64,000 bases of DNA from Candidatus Hydrogenedentota bacterium (lineage in GTDB: Bacteria; Hydrogenedentota; Hydrogenedentia; Hydrogenedentales; SLHB01), in contig CAXXTH010000018.1 in assembly GCA_963668025.2 (NCBI GenBank), positions 513,763-577,762 of the forward strand. Reading direction: 5' to 3'. This document shows, piece by piece, positions 21,691 through 32,600 of the stretch. Below the pieces are notes generated by a model that was given only the letters and a program-made list of their open reading frames with translations, was not told the origin of the DNA and searched no databases. The position numbers and the translations under genes are program-made. Numbering within the stretch: the first letter of the stretch is position 1; every line of letters begins with the position of its first letter.

Positions 21691-24663
21691 ATGCACCGTA
21701 TTCTATGTTTGTTGATGATCCTCCCGGGCCTGGCCGGATGGGCGCAAGAAATAATTCCCGTGGGAGATTCCACTCCGGCGGCTGTCCGTTTTCAAGTGCT
21801 TTCGCCCACTTTAGTGCGCATGGAGTATGCACCCAGCGGCGCATTTACAGATGCGCCCAGCGTCGTGGTGATGCGACGCGAATGGCCTTCTGTTTCTTAT
21901 ACAAAATCCACGGAAGATGGATGGTTTAGGTTGGACACCGGTTCCATGGTGTTGCATTATCAACTGGGGAGTGGCGCATTTACCGCAGATACGTTGCACA
22001 TCACCTGGAAAGATGCGAATGGCGAGCACATATGGCATGCAGGTGATGCCGATACTGAAAATCTGGGCGGCATAGGATTAGACGCCGATATGTGGAAGCG
22101 TAACCGCACCGGACAGGCGTCTGAATTCCCGGGCTTAATCAGCCGGAAGGGCTGTACATTGTTTGATGACAGCCAAACGGCTATATGGGATGCGGATGCC
22201 CAATGGGTGAAGGATCGGCCGGATACGCAAGGTGTTGATTGGTTCTTTTTCTTGTATGGCAATGACTACAAGCGCATGTTTCAGGAATATATCCAACTGA
22301 CTGGCCCATCACCGATGGTGCCTCGTTATATCATGGGAACGACTATTGCCTCCCGGCACGGCTATTCAGGCCATGAATGGAAATTAATTATCGACCAATT
22401 CCGTGAAAAGAACATCCCGCTGGATGTTTTGATGATGGATTCGGTCTCTTCAGCGAAAAAAGTTTGGAGCGGAGGCGACTGGGACTTAGAGCAGATACCA
22501 GATCCCGTAGGATTCATGCGTGACATGAAGGAGCGCGGCATTCATGTCTCCAAGATCATGCACTATGGCATTTTCTCTGACTGGGTGGCGGATAAATTGA
22601 TCAGTAGCGACGATAGCCAATTTGAAAACATTCGCAAAGCAGTTGGATTCCCTGAGGGGATCACCGGACTGGATCTGGATGTCTCCAATAAACAACAAGC
22701 CCAGGCATTCATTGATTACATGGTCAAGCCATCCCTGGATATGGGGATGGCGTTCTGGTGGATGGATGGATGCCCCATCGTGACAATGCAAGGATTGCGG
22801 CAGCACGATGGACTTGGTTCATTAATGTGGGCGCGGCATCTGCAATATACAGCCTCTGAACAAATCACGGGGCGCCGGACTTTTGTGTTATGCCGGCATG
22901 GAGGACCGGGTTCACATCGCTATCCAGGCCATTTCACCGGTGACGTCTCTCCCCAATGGTCCACCCTTGAATATCTGGTTCCTCATACCGTGCGTGCAGG
23001 AAATTCCATGGAGCCATTTATATCGAATGAATGGTTCATGTATCCCAATCTCGATCCTGAAATGTATGCCCGTGTCGTGCAGTTTTTGAGCTTCACTCCC
23101 GTGACGCACCTGCTTGGCATTCTAGGGATGCGGATGCCATGGGAATATGGCCCGCAAGGTGAAGAGCAATGCAAGACCTTCTTCGGATTGAGGTATAAAC
23201 TCCTGCCTTATCTCTATACGCTTACGCGCGAAACCCATGAAACGGGCCTGCCGATCGTGCGAGGAATGTATTTAAACTACCCAGAGCAAAATGAGTCGTA
23301 TACATACATGGGACAATATATGATGGGTGAGCATTTACTATTGGCTCCTGTCACCCGCCCCGGCTACGGCGAACCGGTGTTACAAACGCTCTATTTGCCT
23401 CAAGGCGCACGCTGGTATGATTATTTCACTGGTGCTATCTACGAAGGCGGCCAGGTGTTGGATTACGATTGCCCGCTGGAACGCATGCCCTTGTTTGTGC
23501 GTGCGGGCGCCATTATACCTATGGCTCCTCCGATGAACTGGAGCGATGAACGTCCACTGGATCCCTTGATTCTGGATGTATATGCATCGGATAACGGCGC
23601 GGTAGGCCAATTATACGAAGATGATGGCATATCTCTGGAGTATCGTAACAACCAATTCGCGTGGACTCGAGTTGAAATGCGGCCCATGGATGGCCAAGTA
23701 GGCGATTACTCGTTGGTGATTCATCCAACGGAAGGCCAGTTTCCGGGGCAGCCTGCGGAACGGCGGTATCTGATTCAGATACATGGCCTTCTCAAACCTT
23801 CCGAAATCACACAAGACGGACAGCCGTTGCCACAAATCAGCACAGCCTTTGATGGCAAAGGCTGGATGTGGGATTCTATGCGGAAGGTGCTTGCCATCCA
23901 ATTGACTAATGCTATGCCCATCGCTCAGGAAGTGCGTCTTCAGCTCACAGGAGCGGGCACATCCGCGGATGTTATGCAGGCTCAGCAATTGGGTGAATTC
24001 CTTGAGCGGATCCGTAGGACCAAGCATGAGTTTAATTTGAAGTATGTGATGCTGAGTGAATTATGGGAACACGCCAAACCGCCACGGTTTTTCCGGGAAT
24101 CGGAAGCTATCGAGGAGGAAATCAGTAATTATCTTGCGCGGCCGCAAGATTGGAAGGGGCAGCCTCTCGATCACCGCGCAATGGCCAATCATATACTGGC
24201 GGCTATGGAAAACCAGCCATTTGAATCCAACCGGATACTTCCACATCCTTCCCAACAAAGCCAGGAAGTGTCGAAAAAACTCGAGTTTGCCGAGTGCAGT
24301 CCTTTGGAGCTGGAACGAGCCAAATCTTTGCTTCTTGGATTGAATGTGCGAGCATTAGTGATTGAGGATCATCCTGAGGTGTTCACCACGGGGCCATATC
24401 TGCACATCAAGGCCAAACTAGATTATGATGCGGCGGCAGTGCCCGAAGATGCGAAGGTCATTTTGGAATTGCAATGCCCAGAAGAAGGCATGCCGGGTTA
24501 TGCCATTCATCTCCCGGTGCTCGAACCGGATGGTTGGACGCGTTTTGATGTCCGCTACCCTAATGAACCTGCTCCTGGCTCCCATATTTTCAAAGTCCGC
24601 GCTACATTGACATGGCAAAACCAACATATTGAAACATGGAAAGATGTTCGCTGGATGCATTGA
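21691..24663 (+). CDS. Secreted glycoside hydrolase family 31 (DUF5110-type C-terminal part)
   Basis: LVRMEY, IPLDVLMMD, FWWMDG (nucleophile), HRYPGHFTGD, LRYKLLPYLYT, LYEDDG. Confidence 0.9.
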   Translation: MHRILCLLMILPGLAGWAQEIIPVGDSTPAAVRFQVLSPTLVRMEYAPSGAFTDAPSVVVMRREWPSVSYTKSTEDGWFRLDTGSMVLHYQLGSGAFTADTLHITWKDANGEHIWHAGDADTENLGGIGLDADMWKRNRTGQASEFPGLISRKGCTLFDDSQTAIWDADAQWVKDRPDTQGVDWFFFLYGNDYKRMFQEYIQLTGPSPMVPRYIMGTTIASRHGYSGHEWKLIIDQFREKNIPLDVLMMDSVSSAKKVWSGGDWDLEQIPDPVGFMRDMKERGIHVSKIMHYGIFSDWVADKLISSDDSQFENIRKAVGFPEGITGLDLDVSNKQQAQAFIDYMVKPSLDMGMAFWWMDGCPIVTMQGLRQHDGLGSLMWARHLQYTASEQITGRRTFVLCRHGGPGSHRYPGHFTGDVSPQWSTLEYLVPHTVRAGNSMEPFISNEWFMYPNLDPEMYARVVQFLSFTPVTHLLGILGMRMPWEYGPQGEEQCKTFFGLRYKLLPYLYTLTRETHETGLPIVRGMYLNYPEQNESYTYMGQYMMGEHLLLAPVTRPGYGEPVLQTLYLPQGARWYDYFTGAIYEGGQVLDYDCPLERMPLFVRAGAIIPMAPPMNWSDERPLDPLILDVYASDNGAVGQLYEDDGISLEYRNNQFAWTRVEMRPMDGQVGDYSLVIHPTEGQFPGQPAERRYLIQIHGLLKPSEITQDGQPLPQISTAFDGKGWMWDSMRKVLAIQLTNAMPIAQEVRLQLTGAGTSADVMQAQQLGEFLERIRRTKHEFNLKYVMLSELWEHAKPPRFFRESEAIEEEISNYLARPQDWKGQPLDHRAMANHILAAMENQPFESNRILPHPSQQSQEVSKKLEFAECSPLELERAKSLLLGLNVRALVIEDHPEVFTTGPYLHIKAKLDYDAAAVPEDAKVILELQCPEEGMPGYAIHLPVLEPDGWTRFDVRYPNEPAPGSHIFKVRATLTWQNQHIETWKDVRWMH

Positions 24664-24770
24664 GTTTTTTGTTTCGGAAACAGTTCCATAAGATATAAAA
24701 ACCACACCTATGGCATTGAATGGATGGGAGAAGTCTTGCATTGTCGCGGCGGCAGTTCTCCTCCCACCCC

Positions 24771-26116
24771 CATAAGCGCTAACCTTATTTGATGTCTCCT
24801 GACGAATCTTCTATACTGGGTGCATGGAAGCAGCGTGGAATGAGAATTGGCAGTGTTTACAGCGTTTTCTCCCTGCTGGATGGGAGGACAAGGCTCGTGA
24901 ATTGGGCGCGTGGCACCGCAAGCCTCGTTCTATATCGTCGACGGAATCGCTCCTGCGCTTGCTGTTGATCCATTTGGCGGATGGGTGTTCTCTGCGTGAG
25001 GCTGTCGTTCGTGCTCGAGAAGGGAATGTGGCGTCCGTGTCGGATGTGACACTTCTTAAGCGGTTGCGTGCTTCGGGGGAATGGCTGCGGTGGATGGCCG
25101 TAGAGATACTTCAACGTCGCGCGGGACCGTGCGTTCGGCCTGCATGGCTGGAGTATTACCGTGTTCGCGTCGTGGATGCGAGCGTTGTCTGCGAACCGGG
25201 AAGCACGGGAACGGACTGGCGCGTTCACTACAGCCTATGTTTATACGGTCTTCAATGCGATGAGTTTCATATTACCGGCCCGAAGGTTGGAGAGAGTTTC
25301 GCGCGATTCCGAGTCTCGCCTGGCGACCTATTGCTCGGAGATCGTGCTTATGGGCATCTCAAAGGTTTTCGTTATGTGCTCGGCCATAACGGGAACTTTC
25401 TGACGCGTCTTAAGAATAAAGCCTTCAGTCTTCGGAATGGCGCAGGGAACACCTGTCCACTGGCTGGATTGGTGGCGTCTCTAGAGGTAGGGGAAGTGGG
25501 TGATTGGGCCCTGATTGGCCAGGCAAAGGGGCAGGAGGAGCTGGCGCTACGGATCTGTGCGCTGCGTTTGAGCGAGGAAGCCGCCGCGCAAAGCATCCGC
25601 CGGGCGAAGAAAGAGCTAAGCAAGAAGCAACGGAGTCTGGATCCCGAAACGCTTGTGCTGCATCGCTACGTCATACTGGCCACATCCTTGCCGGATTCAA
25701 TATCGCCGCACCAGGTTATCGAGTTGTACCGGGCGCGCTGGCAGGTGGAGTTGGCCTTCAAACGGATGAAGTCGATTATGGGATTGGGACACTTGCCAAA
25801 GGAAGACGAGGAGTCGGCCAAGGCTTGGCTCCACGGCAAAATGCTTGTCTCCTGCCTTGCCCAGGCCATTGTTGATGAGGGGCGCTTTTTTTCCCCCTGG
25901 GGATATCCACTGTGACGATATCTACCGCGAGGCCTCCTTGTGGCGCGAACTCTCTTTCGCCTTGCACCTCCTTCGCCAAGCGGTCAATCCGACGCTTGGA
26001 TTATCCGAATGCATCAGCCAGTGGCGGGAAATCGCGAGAGATCTGGCAGAGCCCCCAAGGAAGCGAATGCAACAGTTGCGTGGTTTGATGGAGGCAATAT
26101 AAGGTTAGCGCTTATG
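24771..26116 (+). mobile_element. IS4-family (IS186/IS421-like) insertion sequence
   Basis: 18-bp terminal inverted repeats CATAAGCGCTAACCTTAT. Flanking 11-bp direct repeats CCTCCCACCCC / CCTCCCATCCC (1 mismatch). Confidence 0.92.
24824..25915 (+). CDS. IS4 family DDE transposase
   Basis: VVDAS, GDRAY, YRARWQVELAFKRMKS (YREK motif). Confidence 0.93.
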   Translation: MEAAWNENWQCLQRFLPAGWEDKARELGAWHRKPRSISSTESLLRLLLIHLADGCSLREAVVRAREGNVASVSDVTLLKRLRASGEWLRWMAVEILQRRAGPCVRPAWLEYYRVRVVDASVVCEPGSTGTDWRVHYSLCLYGLQCDEFHITGPKVGESFARFRVSPGDLLLGDRAYGHLKGFRYVLGHNGNFLTRLKNKAFSLRNGAGNTCPLAGLVASLEVGEVGDWALIGQAKGQEELALRICALRLSEEAAAQSIRRAKKELSKKQRSLDPETLVLHRYVILATSLPDSISPHQVIELYRARWQVELAFKRMKSIMGLGHLPKEDEESAKAWLHGKMLVSCLAQAIVDEGRFFSPWGYPL

Positions 26117-26373
26117 CCTCCCATCCCTGTTTAAATTGAAGCGACAAGGTGTTTGCAGGCAGTGTCTCATAGACTAATATACTGTCAATGAAGCGGCCTC
26201 GATTGCGAGTGAATTGCTTAAAAACTGGACGCGCGAATCGGTCCGGCTGGCATTCACGCCAGGCAGATTCCGTCCGCCACGTGCTCGAAATGTCCTCGCG
26301 CTGCATCAGGAGGGGGAACGCTCCCTAGCGAAACATACTAAGAAAGAGGCTTTAACTGAGAGGATGCCGGCCT

Positions 26374-27423
26374 GTGAAACCCATGAGTTCTGTTGAGCGT
26401 GTTACTACTGTGCTCGATGGTGGAATCCCTGATCGCGTGCCTGTTGGCCTTCACAATTTTCTGATGGCTTGCCATATGGTGTCTTTGCCTTTTGATGAGA
26501 TGACTCAGAATGGCGAGGCGCTGGCGGAGGCTCAATTGCTCGCGTGGCGTGAGTTTAGGCATGACGTTATCATGCACGAAAATGGCGTCTGTGCTGAGGC
26601 GGAAGCGTTTGGCGCAAAGGTACACTATCAGCCAGACCAGCCGCCTTACATCGCAGAACCTTTGATCAAGTCACTGAGTGATATCGACACGTTGCGCGTT
26701 CCTGATCCTGAAACCACCTATCCCCTCAACGAGCTTATTCGAGGGACACGCATCATCGCCCGGGAAACAAATGGCAGGGCCTTCATCAACGGGCGATCAG
26801 ATCAAGGGCCTATTGCTCTGGCTTGTGCGCTTTGTGGACCCGAACAATTTCTCATCCGACTAACCAATCCGGATCTCGGCCCTTGGGTAAACCATCTGCT
26901 TGACCTTTGCAGCCAGATGAATATTTCTCTCGGCAAGGCGCAATGCCGTGCAGGCGCGCATTGCTCAACTATTGGGCTGGCGGGAACTAGCCTTATATCA
27001 CCTCTCCTCTTTGATCAGTTTGAAGCGCCACGCGCTGCCGCTTTCTGCACTGCTTTGAATGCGATGGGCTGTTATGGGTTTACACACACTTGTGGCAAAG
27101 AAACACATCTCATTGAGAGTCTTATAAGCACTGGCGCTGATGCTCTCGAACTCGATCCAGGCACCGATCCTGTGTTATGCAAGGCGGCCATACAAGGCCG
27201 CGCCACCATTTTTGGAATGCTGGATCCTGCACACATTCTCGCTTCCGGTTTAACAGATAAGGTGCGGCAGCACGTGCTTGATACGCTGGATATCATGGCG
27301 CCGCGTGGATGCTTTATTATCGGCCCAGGTTGTGCGCTACCCGCTGACACGAAGGCCGAAAACATTCATGTTCTCATGGAAACCGTACGCGAAAACGGTA
27401 ACTACTACAATAATGACATATAA
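26374..27423 (+). CDS. URO-D/MtaA family protein
   Basis: PDRVPV, EAEAFG, QGPIALA, LISP, HTCG, IIGPGCALP..T..EN. Confidence 0.85.
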   Translation: MKPMSSVERVTTVLDGGIPDRVPVGLHNFLMACHMVSLPFDEMTQNGEALAEAQLLAWREFRHDVIMHENGVCAEAEAFGAKVHYQPDQPPYIAEPLIKSLSDIDTLRVPDPETTYPLNELIRGTRIIARETNGRAFINGRSDQGPIALACALCGPEQFLIRLTNPDLGPWVNHLLDLCSQMNISLGKAQCRAGAHCSTIGLAGTSLISPLLFDQFEAPRAAAFCTALNAMGCYGFTHTCGKETHLIESLISTGADALELDPGTDPVLCKAAIQGRATIFGMLDPAHILASGLTDKVRQHVLDTLDIMAPRGCFIIGPGCALPADTKAENIHVLMETVRENGNYYNNDI

Positions 27424-27655
27424 ATTTAATGGCTATATAAAGATAGTTAATAAATTTTTGGCAAACGATCAAACAACTGCATTGGGTTGCGCCATTTCAT
27501 CAATTCTGGACGCGGCAAACAAAAAGGGTAACGATCGCTGTGGAACAATAAGCTCTACGGCACAACACTCCATCGCGATTGGTCTTATGCACCAAGTATG
27601 CCAACAACGTAAGAATGAGTGATTTACGTGCTCTAGCCGTTTATGAGGATAGACC

Positions 27656-29590
27656 TCACCGAATATCGGTTTGCTCCACTTTACCTGCATATGGATTTTT
27701 GAGGTAATACAAAAAACCGTCTTCCGCGCCAATCAGCAGATCCGGAATGCCATTTTTATCCCAATCGACAATGGCCGGGCATGTGGAATGGCCCGCCAGC
27801 ACGCGCGAATCAAGCGCTTCGGGGCCGGCAAACATGTAGTCTCCCGGAACGCCTAGATTGAGGAGCAGATCGATATTCTTCCCATTCACCAACAGATCGA
27901 GATCTCCATCCCGATCCCAATCCGCGAACGCTATTTTGCGGCGGCCGCTTTTGCCTGCGATTCCATTATTAAGCTGCAACGGAGCGCCTTTGGAATCCTT
28001 AAAAATGCGCTGGGGCGGCAAAAGCGCCAGATGTCCATCCTGGGGCTTGCGCTCGAAATACGCCAGATATCCTTCTTGATCCAGCATGGCCAAATCGTTG
28101 AGCCCATCGCGATTCAAATCAATGATACAGGGTGTGGTGCGCCATTGCGTGACAAGCTGCTTGCCTTTAGGCGTCCACCATACCCATGCAGGCTTTGGGG
28201 TATTGCCTTCCCACTCGACGGTGATGGGCTGTGCGGCGGCCAATACAGGCGATGTGGATGCGCCGGTATTGCGAAACCATAGCACCTCGCCCCAAATGCT
28301 ATTGATCACGATATCCAGCTTGCCGTCATGATCCCAATCCGCCACATTCGTAACTGTATACCCCCATTTGGCTTCACAAGGCCCCTGAATGGAGCCGTTA
28401 GGACCGGCCTGAATCCGAATCGTTTTCCCATCCGCTTCGAGCCGCACGGGGGCCGCCCATTTTGGGGGATCACCGCCATCCAAATTCTTTACAAAACTGA
28501 TGAAACCTGCTGTATCTCCTACAATCAGATCTTCCAGGCCGTCTCCGTCCCAATCGCACCCAAACGGCGTGGCAAGCGCGCCGATCTTCACCATGTCCGC
28601 TTGCTGCTGGAAAAATCGCGGAGCCAAGAACTGGGGCATGCCTTCTTTACACACGCCTGTGTTCTCCACCAGCGCCACCCGCCCATCTTCCTGCCCCACC
28701 ACTAAGTCCACATCCCCATCGGCATCCCAATCCACCGAAGCAACTTGCAGCATCTCCAGCTCCATTTGAATATTTTCGCCATTGGACTGGAGATAGCGGC
28801 CCGCCGCATAAACAGGCTCGCGCCGCGTGCCGGTATTTTCGAAATAGGACAGCTTATCCATAAACTCGCCGCATACCAGGTCTAAATCGCCATCCCCATC
28901 CCAATCCGCGAAATTCGGTGAAGGCGTGCCGTATACATCCAACAATTTCCCCCCAGCGGAAATCCGCACTGCTTCGCCATATTGCGGCTTGTCATTCGAG
29001 CCTGTGTTTTTCACCCAATACACATAGCCGTGCAAGGGCCCATTGGTCCATCGACCCTCGGCATCAAACGCATTGTCCCAGCCATACTCCGTCCAGTCGT
29101 CCATGCCGATGAGGAGATCCAACAGGCCATCGCCATCATAATCGGCAAGGCTCCATTGATTGGCGCGCTGAGCCTCAAGTGTTTGCTTATAAGGAATAGG
29201 CTCCGGTTCCCCGAAGCCGCCCGCGCCGAAACGCGGATACCGGCTCCCTGGGGAGAGCACATGCGGGATTCCATTTGTGTACGATAGAGTCACATTGGCC
29301 ATCCCTGGCCCGATTTTCCGGCCAGGCCGGAATAGCGGATGTTTCGCATCCACACCGATGTTCTCAAAATAATACGCGCCATTCGAAGGAACATCATTCG
29401 TAACCACTACTAGGTCACAATCGCCATCCTGGTCAGCGTCGATGGGGAGTGGTTGCGGCCAAAGGCCCACACCCAGATCCACCACCAGTTCCGGATTCTG
29501 GTACGCAAGTTGAGCCAGCCTGCTCCCTTCATCGGCTAAGGTTGAGACATGCAACAGAATAGCCGCTACCGCTAAAACCATTGGTTTCAT
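27656..29590 (-). CDS. Secreted FG-GAP/VCBS repeat protein
   Basis: Signal peptide and many DWDGDGDLDL-type repeats. Confidence 0.88.
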   Translation of the reverse strand: MKPMVLAVAAILLHVSTLADEGSRLAQLAYQNPELVVDLGVGLWPQPLPIDADQDGDCDLVVVTNDVPSNGAYYFENIGVDAKHPLFRPGRKIGPGMANVTLSYTNGIPHVLSPGSRYPRFGAGGFGEPEPIPYKQTLEAQRANQWSLADYDGDGLLDLLIGMDDWTEYGWDNAFDAEGRWTNGPLHGYVYWVKNTGSNDKPQYGEAVRISAGGKLLDVYGTPSPNFADWDGDGDLDLVCGEFMDKLSYFENTGTRREPVYAAGRYLQSNGENIQMELEMLQVASVDWDADGDVDLVVGQEDGRVALVENTGVCKEGMPQFLAPRFFQQQADMVKIGALATPFGCDWDGDGLEDLIVGDTAGFISFVKNLDGGDPPKWAAPVRLEADGKTIRIQAGPNGSIQGPCEAKWGYTVTNVADWDHDGKLDIVINSIWGEVLWFRNTGASTSPVLAAAQPITVEWEGNTPKPAWVWWTPKGKQLVTQWRTTPCIIDLNRDGLNDLAMLDQEGYLAYFERKPQDGHLALLPPQRIFKDSKGAPLQLNNGIAGKSGRRKIAFADWDRDGDLDLLVNGKNIDLLLNLGVPGDYMFAGPEALDSRVLAGHSTCPAIVDWDKNGIPDLLIGAEDGFLYYLKNPYAGKVEQTDIR

Positions 29591-29632
29591 CCTTCCATAT
29601 GCGTGGCCATCACTTATACAAAACCGCGTCCG

Positions 29633-32600
29633 TTACTCATCACCGTACTCCTCCAGCGCCTTCAGCAAGCGTTCCGCCTCCAGCTCGAGCCGCGGCAAGG
29701 AGTCACGTACTTGAGAGATGCCGCCCTGTATGGCCATCTGCTCCATCTCCGCCGCTATGGCTTGCAAGCGCGCACCGCCGGCGGTTCCGGCGGCGCCTTT
29801 GATGGCATGAGCCTGAAACTCGGCCTGGCGGGTATTTCCATCCATGATCGCTTGCCGCAATAAGGATAACAGCCGGGGCAAATCCGCACGGAACCGTTTG
29901 GCGACAAGCGTCATAAACTGGGGATCGCCTAGCATCCGCTTTTTAAAATCATCGCGATCAAATACTAGCGCCTCCCCTTGTGTTTCCGTTTCGCATCCAG
30001 TTTGGATTTCCATCGCAGGCTTTTCGGAAAAGCCGCGTTTGTGAATCCATCGATCAAGCACTACCGCAAGCTCATCCGGCCGGACCGGTTTGGAAATATA
30101 GTCATTCATGCCGGCTTGGATGCATTTTTCCCGATCCCCTTTCATGGCATGCGCAGTCATGGCGATGATAGGAATATCCGGATTTGCGCCTTTCGCAAGC
30201 CCTTGGCGAATGCACCGAGTCGCTTCAAAACCATCCATGATGGGCATTTGCACATCCATCAGCACGATATCATATGGCATTTCTTGCAACGCATTTAGCG
30301 CTTCTTGGCCATTTCCGGCGCAACCCGCATGGAATCCCATTTTTTCGAGGAACTTGAGGGCGACATTTTGATTGATCACATTGTCTTCCGCGAGCAATAT
30401 GCGATAGCGGGCGCGCTGCTCCTCCCCCAGGATTTGGCGGGCCTTGAGCGGTTGTTCCACTTGCGCCTCCAACTGAACTTCCGCCGCCCCAAGAATGGAA
30501 GCCAAGCAAGTGTAAAGCTCGGCTTGTTTTACGGGCTTAACCAAATAGGCGGAAAAACCGCTCCGTTTCATGCGGGCGGCCTCTCCCCGGTCTCCGAAAG
30601 AACTCATCAGGACGAGAATGGTCGTTTTTATCTCCGGCTCGGAAAGAATAGCCCGGGCCAAACTCTCGCCATCCATGACGGGCATTTGCATATCAAGTAT
30701 CGCCATATGGAAGGGATCTCCCGACCGGGCGGAATCGCGAAGCCTTCTGAGCGCCATTTCACCCGAATCCGCTTCGGCCAGCCTCACTCCCCAGGATTCG
30801 AGCGTGCGCCGGAGCAACAGGCGATTCGTGGCGTTGTCATCCACGATCAGCATATGCTGGCCATGCAAGGCGGCAATCTTTCCAGGCGCTTTCAAGCGCT
30901 CATTTTCACTGCTTTTTTTATATGTAATCATAAACCAGAATATGGAACCTTTTCCCTCGCCGCTCGTAACGCCTATCTCGCCGCCCATCATTTCCACGAG
31001 CCGTTTCGAAATCGCCAATCCAAGGCCAGTGCCGCCGAACTTCCGGGTCATGGACGCATCCACTTGCTGGAATGCCGAAAACAACAGTTCCATTTTATCG
31101 GCGGAGATGCCAATACCTGTATCACATACCTCAAAACGCAACGTCACTTCACGTTCCGTTTCAGCCAGGGCGGAAACCTGAACCGACACTTCTCCTTGCG
31201 AAGTAAACTTAACCGCATTTCCGGCAAGATTGATGAGCACTTGGCGCAAGCGCCCTGGATCTCCCTTGAGCAAGGTGGGCGCTTCGGGATCTATGCCGCA
31301 AACGAACTCGAGATTCTTTTCCATAGCCCGTAGTGCAAGCAGTTCGGCGAGTTCATCCATAACCGCTCGCAGATCAAAATCCAGTATTTCCAACTCCAGG
31401 CGGCCTGCTTCGATCTTCGAGAAATCCAGGATATCATTGATTAATTCCAACAAATTATCCCCACTCGAGCGGATGACTTCTGCGAAATGCCGCTGTTCCG
31501 CATCGAGTTTCGTATCCAGCAGCAACCCCGTCATGCCGATGATTCCATTCATCGGCGTCCGGATCTCGTGGCTCATATTGGCCAGGAATTGGCTTTTCGC
31601 CACATTCGCCACTTCCGCCTTCGTCGCCAGTTCATTCGCCCGGGCTATCGCCGCCTCCAGGCTTCGGTTGGTCTCCAAAAGCCTCTCTTCAAAGCCCTTG
31701 CGCTGGAAGGCATTCGATAACAAATCCGCGAACACGCACAGCAGATGGATCTCCTCCTCGCGCCATATGTGGTCTCGCTGGGCCGATTCGAATCCGACAA
31801 ATCCGAGCAACTGGCGCTCGGACTCCATAGGCATCGCCACTATGGAGTGAACGTTAAACTGCCGCAAAAGCTCCCGTTCCGCCCGCCAAGTGTCTGGCAG
31901 TTCATCCACATCTGGTATGTATATGGTTTCAAGAGCGTTCATCCTTTCCATCCAGGCTGGAAACGCGTTGAGAGGCAAATTCTGATAATGCGCCTTATGA
32001 GGCGCCACCCCGGGAGCACACCATTCATGCGTAATGCTCGCTGTATTTTCTTTTTTGTCTATTATAAATACATAGCTACTTATTGAATTACAGAATACGC
32101 CTATTTGTTCAAGGGCCTTCATGAAAGCGGCGTCCATATCCGAAGCATTTATACTCACGAACTCACCAGAAAGCTCCATGAGCATGCGTTCGAAGGCCTC
32201 CCGCCTCGCCATCCGCTCCTCGGACTGCTTGCGCTCCGTGATGTTCGTATGCGAGCCCGCCATCCGATATGGAACGCCGTTCGCGTCACGCAACACCTTT
32301 CCGCGCGCTTGGAACCAGAGGTACTCCCCATTCCTGTGCTGAAATCGAAATTCGATGCTAAATACTTCGATATTACCCTTAACGTATTCATCTATATACA
32401 ACTTGAACCGTTCAAAATCATCTGGATGCATGCGGTCCGTGAACGTGGCGAGTTCATTGGGAAGCTCGTGGTCTTCATATCCAATCATTTCCTTCCATTT
32501 TGGCGAAAGGAACAGGTTGTTATCTTTTATATCCCAGTCCCAAATGCCATCATTCGAGCCATTTACGGCAAGCATATACTGCTCACGGCTTTTGGCCAGC

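Noticed and set aside
21691-24663. Sulfoquinovosidase / canonical sulfoglycolysis
   Set aside because: The nucleophile motif differs from YihQ, and there is no YihS-type isomerase or sulfolactaldehyde reductase.
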